A stretch of 35,838 nucleotides of DNA, taken from contig CAWKNZ010000011.1 of NCBI GenBank assembly GCA_963851265.1, positions 1 to 35,838 of the forward strand. The letters run 5' to 3'. Position numbers and translations under genes: made by a program. The stretch is from an uncultured Gemmatimonadales bacterium. Lineage in GTDB: Bacteria; Gemmatimonadota; Gemmatimonadetes; Gemmatimonadales; Gemmatimonadaceae. Positions 19,106-27,941 of the stretch are shown here, in pieces. The stretch's first letter is position 1. Every line of letters begins with the position of its first letter. The notes beneath the pieces were generated by a model, which did no database searches, was not told where the DNA came from, and saw only the letters and a list, made by a program, of their open reading frames with translations.

Positions 19106-19636
19106 TCACCCCGACGTCGCTGCACGGCCCGTCATCCGGTCCACGTGCACGCGGAAGAGCACCGTCCGGTCCGGCGTCAGATCGTCGGCGCGGAACAGGG
19201 CCGGGACGAGCTCGCGCAGCCGCGCGAGCGTGCGGTCGTACGTGTCGCGATCGTCCGCCGTTGCGCCGGCCGTGACGCGGTAGACGCTGCCGTGCACGAC
19301 CACGCTGCGCCAATCGAGCAGGCCGTCGACCTCGTCCACCTCGAACGCCACCCACCGCCGGTGCTCGATCGTGTGCAGCATGTGCCCCGGCGCAGTCCGC
19401 GCGTACAGCACGCGGTCGGCGTACACGTAGTGGATCGGCTCGATGTCGACGTCGTCGTGGAAGCTGTAGGCGATCCGCCCTACGTGGTTGCGGGCGAGCA
19501 ACGCCTCCATCTCCGCCGCCTCAAGCGAGCGGAAGCTCGGGCCGCCCGTCCGGGGTCGGGTGGCCGGCTGCGCGAGCAGAGCGCCGGCCGGTGCCGCGTC
19601 GTGCGCGGGCGACGTGGGCGACGTCTCAGTGCGCAT
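19106..19636 (-). CDS. Pyridoxamine 5'-phosphate oxidase-like (Nim-type) flavin-binding protein
   Basis: 'LLARNHVGRIA...PIHYVY...YARTAPG...VAFEVDEV...WRSVVVHG...FRVHVDRMTGR'. Confidence 0.88.
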   Translation of the reverse strand: MRTETSPTSPAHDAAPAGALLAQPATRPRTGGPSFRSLEAAEMEALLARNHVGRIAYSFHDDVDIEPIHYVYADRVLYARTAPGHMLHTIEHRRWVAFEVDEVDGLLDWRSVVVHGSVYRVTAGATADDRDTYDRTLARLRELVPALFRADDLTPDRTVLFRVHVDRMTGRAATSG

Positions 19637-20205
19637 GGAGCGCCTCGCGGCAGCACTGGGCCTCATCCGAGTCGTGGGAGGTCTGCAGGCTGGTGCCGCC
19701 AAGCGCCGCGATTGCCACTCGCAGCTCCGCGCGGTCCACGCGGGACGCCGCAGTCGGACGCGGCACTCCGATCGACGCAGCGAGCGTAGCGGCAACCGCG
19801 GCTGGCGGATCGGCGCCGGGACGTTCGGCCTTCGGAGAGCGGCGGAATGGGAGCGCAGCCGACGGCATGGTGGCGCGACCTTGAAGCGGCGTCGCCAGTA
19901 GCGCCGAGAGACTGGGCGGCCCCGCCGCCCGAGGCAGCCGCCTGGTGTACTCCCCGGCTGCGGTCGGTGATGCCCGAGATGCTACAAATGCTACCCACGC
20001 CGGGTCGCGAGGGTCCCGGGCCGATCGCGCCGCGGTCGCGCGCGACGCGCTGACGCGCGTTGGAGGGGCAAGAACACATGGGCCGCGTCTCTGCCCTAGC
20101 GCCTCAGTGACGGCGATCGCTACACGGCGTGCCTCGCCCTCATAGGAGTCGGTCGCGATCTCGAGCACGATGAGCCCGGAGCGCGAGAATCAGCTTGAGG
20201 GCGAG

Positions 20206-20780
20206 TCACGCGACGCCGACGCGCAGGCCGCCCGCGAGCGCGAGCCGCAGACTCTCGGTCCGCGCGTGGCGGGCGAGGCGCACTCGGCCGGCGCCTAACG
20301 CGGTGCGGACGGCGAACTCGCGCGGTCGCGCCCACGCCCGCGCGATCAGGAGCTTGCAACGTTCGCGCAGGCGATGACCTGGAACTCGCAGGACGCGAGG
20401 TCCGGCGCCGAATTCCGCGACAGTCGGATGTTGAACCCGGCTGGGGTGACGCCGACGACAGTGAGCGGTCGGCCTTCGACCGACACGGGCGCGCGGCCAC
20501 ACGCCGTAGCTGACCATGGCGACCGTGGGCAGGCTGTCCCGCTCCTCGCCGGGCGCGAAGCCGCGCCCCAGCGCCGGGCGCACGCGCCTCGACCGGCATC
20601 ACGATGCCTCCGCCGTTCGGGTACGGCAGCGGCGCGAGCAGCAGCCGGTGGACGACGCTAGAGATGGCGGTGTTCGCCCCGATCCCGAGCGCGAGGGTGA
20701 TGACGGCGAGGGCCGCGGTCGCGGGGCAGCGCGCGAACTGCCGCGCGGCGAACCGGGCGTCCTGCCGGATGCCCCGAGCG
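20206..20780 (-). pseudogene. Shattered ADOP/MacB-type ABC permease remnant
   Basis: Non-contiguous permease motifs in different frames: 'QDARFAARQF..P..AALAVITLALGIGANTAISSVV..LLL.PLPYP', 'PALGRGF...EE...VAMVSYGVW' and 'LLIARA.AR.REFAVRTALGAGR.RL.R...TES'. Confidence 0.85.
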
Positions 20781-21064
20781 CCCGCCCGAAGCCGGTGTGC
20801 GGCGGTCTGCCAGCCGTCGGCGTCCCGAGCCGTCATCGTCGTGCAACAAGGAGCGTTCACGCGACGGTCATCGGCCACGTTCGGTCTGCGGCCGGCGGCG
20901 GGTCGTCACCCCAACGCGTTCATCTCGGCCCGCCGGACGCGACGCGTGCTCGGCGCCGAGAAGTCGCCGGATGGCGACGGTCCTGGCGTACCCGCGCTGT
21001 GGCGAGGGCAGCCGGGATGCCAGATTCCTGGCCGAAGCACACGACGGGGACCCGGGATCGATGC

Positions 21065-23425
21065 ATGACGGCGAGCGCACGCGGGCGGGACGGGAGGGAA
21101 GAGGGAGCGGGCCACGTGGGAGAGGTGGCCCGCGGGCGGGCGGCCGCGGCCACGCTCTTCGCCGGGTCGGGCGAGGTGCGCGCCCTCGCCCGCACGCTCG
21201 ACTGGGGTGCGACCCCGCTCGGCTGGCCCGACACGTGGGCGCCGGCGCTCCGGATCGCGACGCGGGCCATGCTCGACGCGCCGCACCCGATCTGCCTCTG
21301 GACCGGCCCCACGTACGCCCTCGTCTACAACGACGCGTACCGCCGCATCCTCGCGGCCAAGCACCCCGCCGCGCTCGGCCAGCCCGGGGCCGCGGTGTGG
21401 GCCGAGATCTGGGAGGGGCTCGCGCCGCAGTTCGCCCAGGTGTCGGCGGGCGGGCCGCCGGTCTACGGCGAGGACGCGCGCTTCGTGATGGCGCGCCTCG
21501 CGGGCGGCCGGACGGAGGACGCGTGGTTCAGCTACTCGCTCTCCGCGCTCCGCGACGAAGACGGCACCGTCGTCGCCGTGCTGAATATCTCGCCCGAGAC
21601 CACCGCACGCGTGCGCGCCGAGGCCGAACGGCAGGCCAGCGAAGAGCGGTTGCGGCTCGCGGTCGCGGCGACCGGCCTCGGCATCTTCGATTGGGACCTG
21701 GCGACCGACCAGGTCACCGTCAACGCGCGCTTCCGCGAGATGTTCGGCCTGCCCGAGGGCAACGCCGTGATCGGGGCCGCGATGCTGGGCGGCGTGGTCC
21801 ATCCTGAGGACCGCGCGTTCGTCGAGGCGCAACTCGCCGCCGCCTTCGACCCGCGCTCGTCTGGCAGCTACCGGTTCGAGCACCGCGCCGTGACGCCCGC
21901 CGGCGAGGTCTGGCTGCTCACGTTCGGCCAGGTCTTCTTCGCCGGCGACGGGGACGGTCGCCGGGCCGTGCGCGTGGTCGGCAACGACCTCGACGTCACC
22001 GAGCGCAAGCAAGCGGAGGCCGAGCGCGCGCACGCGCATCAGCAGCTCGAGGAGCAGGCCGCCGAGCTCGAAACCCAGGCCGAGGCGCTGCAGGCCACCG
22101 CGGCCCACCTCGAGGCGCAGGTCCAGGAGGCCGAGCGCGCCCGGGCGGACGCAGAGGCGGCGGTGGGCCGCGCGACGCTCCTGCAGGACCTGACGGCGGC
22201 CCTGTCGCGCGCGCTCACGCGCGAGCAGGTCGCCGCCGTCGTGATCGAGCGGGTCAGCACCGCGCTCGGGGCGCACCTCGGCGTCCTCGCGCTCGTCACG
22301 CCCGACGGCGAACGCCTCGCCATCGCCGCCGCCGAGCGCCTGCGCGAGGACACGTGGCGCGCGTGGGCGACCTTCCCGCTCGACGCGCCCGTACCGCTCG
22401 CCGACGCCGTGCGCGAGCGGCGGGCCGTCCTGCTGCCCACGTTCGACGCCATCGCCCGGCACGCCCCGGCCGTCGCCGAGCTCTGCCGCGCGAACGCGAC
22501 GGCGGCCCTGTGCGCCCTGCCGGTGCTCGCGCCCGACGGCGGCGTGCTCGGCGCCCTCGGGCTGAGCTTCCCGGCGCCGCGTGCGCTGGCCGAGGAGCTG
22601 GGGCTGCTCGAAACGCTCGCGGGGCAGGCCGCCCAAGCGCTCGAGCGCGCCCGGCTCTTCGAGGCGGAGCACGCCGCGCGCGCGGCCGCCGAAGCGGCGA
22701 ACCGGGCGAAGAGCGAGTTCCTCTCGACGATGAGCCACGAGCTCCGGACACCGCTCAACGCCATCGGCGGCTACGCCCAGCTCCTCGCGCTCGGCCTCCG
22801 CGGGCCGGTGACCGACGCGCAGCAGGAGGACCTGGACCGCCTCCGCCGGGCGAACCAGCACATGACGGGGCTCGTGGACGCGGTCCTGAACTTCGCGCGT
22901 CTCGACGCGGGGCGGGTCGAGTACCACCTGGAGGCCGTCCGGCTCGCGCCGCTCGTGCAGGACCTCAAGGCGCTCGTCGGGCCGCAACTCGCGGCCAAGG
23001 GGCTCGCGTACGACCACGACGGGTGCGGCCCCGAGACGCCTGAGCAGCCGCACGTGGTCTCGGCGGACGCGGAGAAGGTGCGGCAGATCCTCCTCAACCT
23101 GCTCACCAATGCGATCAAGTTCACCGACCCGGGTGGGCGCGTCGCACTCGGGTGCGAGAGCGACGTGGTGGCCGGGGTGGTCCGGGTGTTGGTCACGGAC
23201 ACGGGACGAGGCATCGCGACGGACCAGCTCGAGCGAGTCTTCGAGCCGTTCGTGCAGCTCGACCGGCAGCGCACCCACACGAGCCAGCAGGGCGTCGGGC
23301 TGGGGCTGGCGATCAGCCGCGAGCTGGCGCGCGGCATGGGCGGGGACCTCACGGCCGAGAGTACGCCCGGCGCTGGGAGCACGTTCACGCTCACCCTGCC
23401 GGCCGCACCCGCGCGCGCCTCGTGA
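21065..23425 (+). CDS. Cytoplasmic PAS-PAS-GAF sensor histidine kinase
   Basis: 'DWGATPLG.PDTW..ALR' N-terminal PAS, second PAS (GIFDWD..VHPEDR), GAF, H-box MSHELRTPLNAI, N-box NLLTNAIKFT, DTGRGI, GVGLGLAI. Start is ATG 21065 or GTG 21116. Confidence 0.92.
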   Translation: MTASARGRDGREEGAGHVGEVARGRAAAATLFAGSGEVRALARTLDWGATPLGWPDTWAPALRIATRAMLDAPHPICLWTGPTYALVYNDAYRRILAAKHPAALGQPGAAVWAEIWEGLAPQFAQVSAGGPPVYGEDARFVMARLAGGRTEDAWFSYSLSALRDEDGTVVAVLNISPETTARVRAEAERQASEERLRLAVAATGLGIFDWDLATDQVTVNARFREMFGLPEGNAVIGAAMLGGVVHPEDRAFVEAQLAAAFDPRSSGSYRFEHRAVTPAGEVWLLTFGQVFFAGDGDGRRAVRVVGNDLDVTERKQAEAERAHAHQQLEEQAAELETQAEALQATAAHLEAQVQEAERARADAEAAVGRATLLQDLTAALSRALTREQVAAVVIERVSTALGAHLGVLALVTPDGERLAIAAAERLREDTWRAWATFPLDAPVPLADAVRERRAVLLPTFDAIARHAPAVAELCRANATAALCALPVLAPDGGVLGALGLSFPAPRALAEELGLLETLAGQAAQALERARLFEAEHAARAAAEAANRAKSEFLSTMSHELRTPLNAIGGYAQLLALGLRGPVTDAQQEDLDRLRRANQHMTGLVDAVLNFARLDAGRVEYHLEAVRLAPLVQDLKALVGPQLAAKGLAYDHDGCGPETPEQPHVVSADAEKVRQILLNLLTNAIKFTDPGGRVALGCESDVVAGVVRVLVTDTGRGIATDQLERVFEPFVQLDRQRTHTSQQGVGLGLAISRELARGMGGDLTAESTPGAGSTFTLTLPAAPARAS

Positions 23426-23591
23426 CCATCGAGGCGGTCGCGAGGGCGTGCCGACGCACGGCCGGTGCGCGACCATTTGGCACCGAGTCGCCGGCCCGTC
23501 TCCTGCTACATGGGACCCATCGGACACCCATGCGGCACGCGCCATCCGCGGCGTGCTGCCGCGACCACGCCACCGCTGGAGTGAGACCCGC

Positions 23592-24140
23592 ATGCCCACG
23601 CGCCCGACCCCCGGTGACCTCTCGACGCTGCCCGCGATGGACGACGACTACACCACCGTCGTCGTCGAGACGCCGAAGGGGCAGCGCACCAAGGTGGCGT
23701 ATGATCCGGCCCGGCGCGCGTTCGTCGTGAAGAAGGTGCTGCCGGAGGGGATGAGCTTCCCGCTCGATTTCGGCTTCGTCCCGAGTACGCGGGGGGAGGA
23801 CGGGGACCCGCTCGACGTGCTGCTGTTCCTGGACGAGCCCGTGGCCTCGGGGACCGTGGTCCCCGCGCGCCTGCTCGGCGTCATCTCGGCCGAGCAGACG
23901 GAGCGCGATGGGACGCGCGAGGAGAACGACCGGCTCGTCGCGGTCGCGGGCGCGAGCGAGCTGTACAAGGACGTGAAGAAGCTGTCCGATCTGCCCGACG
24001 TCGTCGTGCACCAGATCGAGACGTTCTTCCAGTCCTACAACGCGCAGGAAGGCAAGACGTTCGCGCTCACGGGGACGCACGGACGAAAGCGAGCCCAGGC
24101 CTGCGTCGAGCGCGGGCGGCGCGCCTTCCGCCGCGGGTAG
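23592..24140 (+). CDS. ppa: Family I inorganic pyrophosphatase, divergent
   Basis: VETPKG..K, FGFVPST.GEDGDPLDVL, ENDRLVAV, IETFFQSYN. Confidence 0.85.
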   Translation: MPTRPTPGDLSTLPAMDDDYTTVVVETPKGQRTKVAYDPARRAFVVKKVLPEGMSFPLDFGFVPSTRGEDGDPLDVLLFLDEPVASGTVVPARLLGVISAEQTERDGTREENDRLVAVAGASELYKDVKKLSDLPDVVVHQIETFFQSYNAQEGKTFALTGTHGRKRAQACVERGRRAFRRG

Positions 24141-24351
24141 CCGCCGCCTGCGCCCGCAATCCGCGGGCACGGCGCGGTGGCCGCGGGCCAGGGCCTGCGC
24201 GGCACCGCCGCCGGGACTGGGCGCCGCGATCGACGAGATCCTCGGCGATCGCCGCATCGGTCGTGGCTCGCAAACACACCGGTTCCCGGCGTCTCTTACG
24301 AGCGATTCTGAGCCGCGGCCGCCGACGGCGCAGCAAGGTCCGGGCTCGGGG

Positions 24352-24960
24352 TCAGTCGCCCGGGGCCGTGTCGCCCGGGGCGAGACCGCGGGCGAGACCG
24401 CGGGCGAGCGCACGGACGCCGCGGGCGAGCCCGCCGCGCGGCCCGCTGACGCCGTAGAGCCCCGCGGCCCCGAGCGCGGCGTAGCCGTGCAGGAAGGCCC
24501 ACACGGCGACCGCGGCGTCGGTGTCGTCCGCGTCGCCCGTGAGCGCGCCGACCACGGCCAGCAACCGGGTCCAGAGCGCCTTGCGCTCGGCGCCGGGCTG
24601 GCCGGGGGCGGCCGGCGTAGTCAGGAGCGCGTAGAGGGCCGGGCGCTCGGCCGCGAACCGCACGTAGGCGTCGGCCGTCGCGCGGAGCGCCGCCGCGCCG
24701 TCAGCCGCACCATCGTCGCCCCCCGCGGCGACGGCCGCGAGCGCCTCGTCGAGGGCGCCGGCCATCGCCGCGGCGGCCGCCTCGGCGAGTAGACCCTCGA
24801 GGCCGGCCAGGTTGCCCACGTGCCGGTAGAGCGAGGCGGGGCGGACGCCGAGCGCGTCGGCCACGGCGCGGACGCCGAGCGCGGCGCGGCCGTCGCGCTC
24901 GACGAGCGCGCGGGTCGCCTCGACGACCGCCGCGCGGGAGAGTTTCGCCGGGTAGGCCAC
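24352..24960 (-). CDS. TetR-family regulator (WHG-type C-terminus)
   Basis: HTH 'LGVRAVADALGVRPASLYRHV', 'YVRFAAERPALY', 'WAFLHG'. GTG start at 24960. Confidence 0.9.
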   Translation of the reverse strand: MAYPAKLSRAAVVEATRALVERDGRAALGVRAVADALGVRPASLYRHVGNLAGLEGLLAEAAAAAMAGALDEALAAVAAGGDDGAADGAAALRATADAYVRFAAERPALYALLTTPAAPGQPGAERKALWTRLLAVVGALTGDADDTDAAVAVWAFLHGYAALGAAGLYGVSGPRGGLARGVRALARGLARGLAPGDTAPGD

Positions 24961-25034
24961 GGCGGACAGTGTACGTCTTGACGATGCGAACCGCAACACG
25001 TACAGTGTACACCGTAAGGCGTACGCTGTTCACC
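24961..25034. promoter_or_regulatory. Overlapping divergent sigma70 promoters with three TetR operator-like sites
   Basis: + strand: TTGACG (24978-83), 17 nt, TACAGT (25001-06). - strand: TTGCGG (24996-91), 17 nt, TACACT (24973-68). Repeated motif GnACAGYGTAC at about 24964, 25000 and (reverse) 25021-25031. Confidence 0.75.
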
Positions 25035-25052
25035 ATCATACCGGAATCCGTC

Positions 25053-25505
25053 GTGTCCGCTCACCCGTCCTCGCTCTCCGTCGCCGTGGCCGCCGCCGCG
25101 CCTGCCGCCGCGCTCGGGGCCGTCACCGGCGGCGTTGGCCGCCTGCTGCGCGCCGAGGGCCTCGCCGCCCTCGCCGTCGCCGTCGTGCTCTACGCCGGAA
25201 CCGGGCGCGGGTGGAGCTTCTTCGCCCTGCTCTTCTTCGCCCCCGACCTGACGTTCGCCGCCTTCCTCGCCGGCCCGCGCGTCGGCGCCATGGCCTACAA
25301 CGCGCTGCACACGTACGTCGGGCCGCTCGCCCTCGGCCTGCTCGCCCACGCGGCCGCCGCACCCGCCCTGCTCCTCGTCGCCTACGTGTGGGCGGCGCAC
25401 ATCGGCTTCGACCGCCTGATCGGCTACGGAGTCAAGTACGCGAGCGGCTTCGGCGACACGCACCTCGGCCGCAAGGGGCCCGAGGCCCGCGCGCCCCGGG
25501 CGTGA
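25053..25505 (+). CDS. DUF4260-family membrane protein
   Basis: 'LLRAEG...W..FALLFFAPDL...YNALH...WAAHIGFDRLIGYGVKY..GF.DTHLG'. Confidence 0.9.
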   Translation: MSAHPSSLSVAVAAAAPAAALGAVTGGVGRLLRAEGLAALAVAVVLYAGTGRGWSFFALLFFAPDLTFAAFLAGPRVGAMAYNALHTYVGPLALGLLAHAAAAPALLLVAYVWAAHIGFDRLIGYGVKYASGFGDTHLGRKGPEARAPRA

Positions 25506-26356
25506 GCGGGACGTGCACGCGACGTCGGCCCACGTGCCGGCGCCCGCGTGCCGGTCGCACCCGCGACGGCCACCGCCCCTCGACGCTTCAGGTGGTCCGG
25601 CGGGGTCGTTTTCGCGACGCGCGCCGGGACGTTTCAATCGGGTGGGCTGATTCGGTCCGGGGATGAGTAATGGGACCGGGCGCAGGCGCGACATGTGCTG
25701 TCGCGGAACTCGTTTGCTCTGAGACGCTATGCCGTTAGGCGTGTCGCAGTGGCATGTCAGAACGCGAGGGTTTCCCGGACCCGTCTTCCGTCGAGCCACG
25801 ACGGGCGGGGTCGTCGCCGTGCCAGCCTACGGGCGCCCGTGCGACCGGTCGTCCCGACGGTCGTCGGGGGCGCGCCGGTCTTGCCGGTCGCACCGGGTAC
25901 GGTCCGGCGCGCGGCGGTTCCCGCGCATCCGGGCATGTCGCGTCGACGGCACATCGACGCCGCGGTGGCCGCGGCACGCGCGGGCACTCCGCGACATCAG
26001 CTGAGTGCCGTCGCGACGGATCGTGATGCCCGGCTGCGGGGCCGCACCCGAGGCGGCGACCACGGATCGCGTCATTCCCAGCGGCAGTAGCACGGCAAGC
26101 CGTCGAGGACGCATTCGGTGAATCCAGCAGTTCGAGGGCGATGGGGATCGAGCCCGACGGGGCGACGCCAGATTACCGGCCAGACAGCGGCCGGGGGACT
26201 TGAGGCATGGATGGGTACCCGTCGCGGCGACGGTGGCCCTGGGTGGGCCCGAGCGGTCACGCACGGGATCTGAGTCGGGAGTCGGTAGCAGGAAGCACGG
26301 CTACGCAACACCTGGTTCCGCGCAGACACGCCGGCATGTCGGTGCAGCTGACGATG

Positions 26357-26372
26357 TGGCACGGCTGCTGCT
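26357..26372 (+). promoter_or_regulatory. Putative sigma54 (-24/-12) promoter
   Basis: TGGCACGGCTGCTGCT versus consensus TGGCACGNNNNTTGCW: GG-N10-GC spacing exact, one mismatch. Lies 150 bp upstream of the PEP-CTERM gene. Confidence 0.6.
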
Positions 26373-26521
26373 GCGAACCTGTGCGGGTAGCGCCCAGCCG
26401 TTCGCAGGCGCGCCCGCACCCGTGCGGCTCATGGTCGCCGGACCCGGCCGGCTGCTCGGGTGCGCGCGGCCGTGTGCTGCACCCGAGCGGTCGTGTCCCA
26501 TCCTTCAACGCGGAGGTCCCG

Positions 26522-27130
26522 ATGAACGCGCGTCCGCACTTGGTCGCACTCCTCGCGCCGGTCCTGCTCGGCGTCGGTGGCACGGTGTTCGTGACCGGCC
26601 GCGCCGATGCGCAAGTCGTCGTCCCCCCACTGGTCGGCATCCCCGACCTGCTGCCCCATGGGCTCTGCACGAACGGCCTTGACCCGGCGAACTGTGCGGA
26701 GGGCACGCTCCAAACGCGGGGGTTCGGCCACACGACCGACCAGTGGAGCGTCACGGTCCAGAACACCGGGACCGTGAGCTGGTACGACTTCCACGTCGCG
26801 ATCATCGGCGCGGCTGGAAATGGGCTCGCGTTCCAGGTGCCCGCGACCGTCACCGGCTGGCCGGGGATCACGACGCCGACCGCGCAGCAGTTCACCTTCC
26901 CGGGGCTGAGTTTCAAGTCGGGGGACTTCGACGCGGGTAGCCACGCACTGCCTCCAGGCGGCACGATCATGCTCAGCTTCGGCGTGGAGAACGTCGGCAC
27001 GCGGTCTGAGGACTACTACGTCCAGTTGCGCGCGACGACCGTCCCCGAGCCCGCGACCTGGGCTCTGCTCGGCGCGGGGCTGCTCACGGTCGGCGGCATG
27101 GCTCAGCGGCGCAGAACCGGAACGAAGTAA
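26522..27130 (+). CDS. PEP-CTERM sorting-domain surface protein
   Basis: RBS GGAGG, signal peptide ending ADA-Q, C-terminal 'VPEPATWALLGAGLLTVGGMAQRRR'. Confidence 0.92.
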   Translation: MNARPHLVALLAPVLLGVGGTVFVTGRADAQVVVPPLVGIPDLLPHGLCTNGLDPANCAEGTLQTRGFGHTTDQWSVTVQNTGTVSWYDFHVAIIGAAGNGLAFQVPATVTGWPGITTPTAQQFTFPGLSFKSGDFDAGSHALPPGGTIMLSFGVENVGTRSEDYYVQLRATTVPEPATWALLGAGLLTVGGMAQRRRTGTK

Positions 27131-27209
27131 CAGCGCGCGTCGCCGCAGTCCTGAACCGCCTCGCCCTCACCGGCAGGGCGTTCGCGCGTAGGCGGCCGCC
27201 CAGGGGTCC

Positions 27210-27253
27210 GCCACCGCTCGGGTACGACCCCGTAGGGATCGTCGAGCGGCGGC
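27210..27253 (+). terminator. Imperfect GC-rich hairpin downstream of the PEP-CTERM gene
   Basis: CCGCTCG (27214-20) pairs with CGAGCGG (27243-49), enclosing an inner ACGACCC/GGGATCGT stem. No U-tract. Confidence 0.35.
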
Positions 27254-27460
27254 CGTCATCGTCGACGGGGGCTACGGGCGCCTGCCGACCCGGTCACCCC
27301 GATGGTCGCCCTGGTCGCACCCAGCGTCGGAGCGCGGGCCGGTGTGGCGCCGCCGCCTCGCGCACCCGATGCCGAAGGGTCGGATCCTGTTGGCGAATTG
27401 GCCCGAGGTTCGCGGCGGGGGGACCCCCTGCCGCGAGGTGCCGCGTGTCGATGCGTCCGG

Positions 27461-27500
27461 GCCCGTTCCCGCCCGTTCCCGCCCGTTCCCGCCCGTCCCC
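27461..27500. repeat. Tandem 10-bp repeat GCCCGTTCCC x4
   Basis: Three perfect copies plus one with a single mismatch. Confidence 0.95.
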
Positions 27501-27604
27501 GAGTCCCCGGCCGCGGTCGCGGTCGCGCGAGCGGCGGAGCCGTGAGCGAGAGCTGCGACGCGGGCGACGGCCCGCGCCTCGTCACCCACGTCGACACCAC
27601 GTCC

Positions 27605-27718
27605 GCGACGCGCCACGAGGCGACGCGCCACGAGGCGACGCGCCACGAGGCGACGCGCCACGAGGCGACGCGCCACGAGGCGACGCGCCACGAGGCGACG
27701 CGCCACGAGGCGACGCGC
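27605..27718. repeat. VNTR: 15-bp unit GCGACGCGCCACGAG x7.6
   Basis: Seven perfect copies plus 9 bp, no spacers. Confidence 0.97.
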
Positions 27719-27941
27719 ACCGACGCGAGCCCGCAGACGGCGGCCGGCGGCCGGCGGCGGCTCCGGCGTCGGCTCCTGCCGCCTCGACGGGGCGCGCCGC
27801 CCTCGCCGTGCGTGCGACGGACTGTCGCCCCGCAACACCCCCGGACCCATCCATCGGCCGACGTGCACCACTCACCGGGTGGCGGCGGCCGTTCGCGGAC
27901 ATCCGGTAGCCGCGCCCGCCGCCCCGTCGTACTCTCACGGA

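Noticed and set aside
20906..23599. 897-aa minus-strand ORF and other long antisense ORFs (17592-18785, 31304-32779, 33606-35507)
   Set aside because: Antisense shadows of well-supported genes, caused by stop-codon scarcity at high GC.
25827..26114. Signal-peptide-like 'MRPRRLAVLLPLG...ITIRRDGTQ', reminiscent of a cupin N-terminus
   Set aside because: No cupin His motifs in any downstream frame.
27605..27718. Repeat array as CRISPR or as an (ATRHE)n / (RVASW)n repeat protein
   Set aside because: No spacers and no cas genes. The ORFs crossing it are Arg/Pro-rich shadow frames with no RBS or protein-like flanks.
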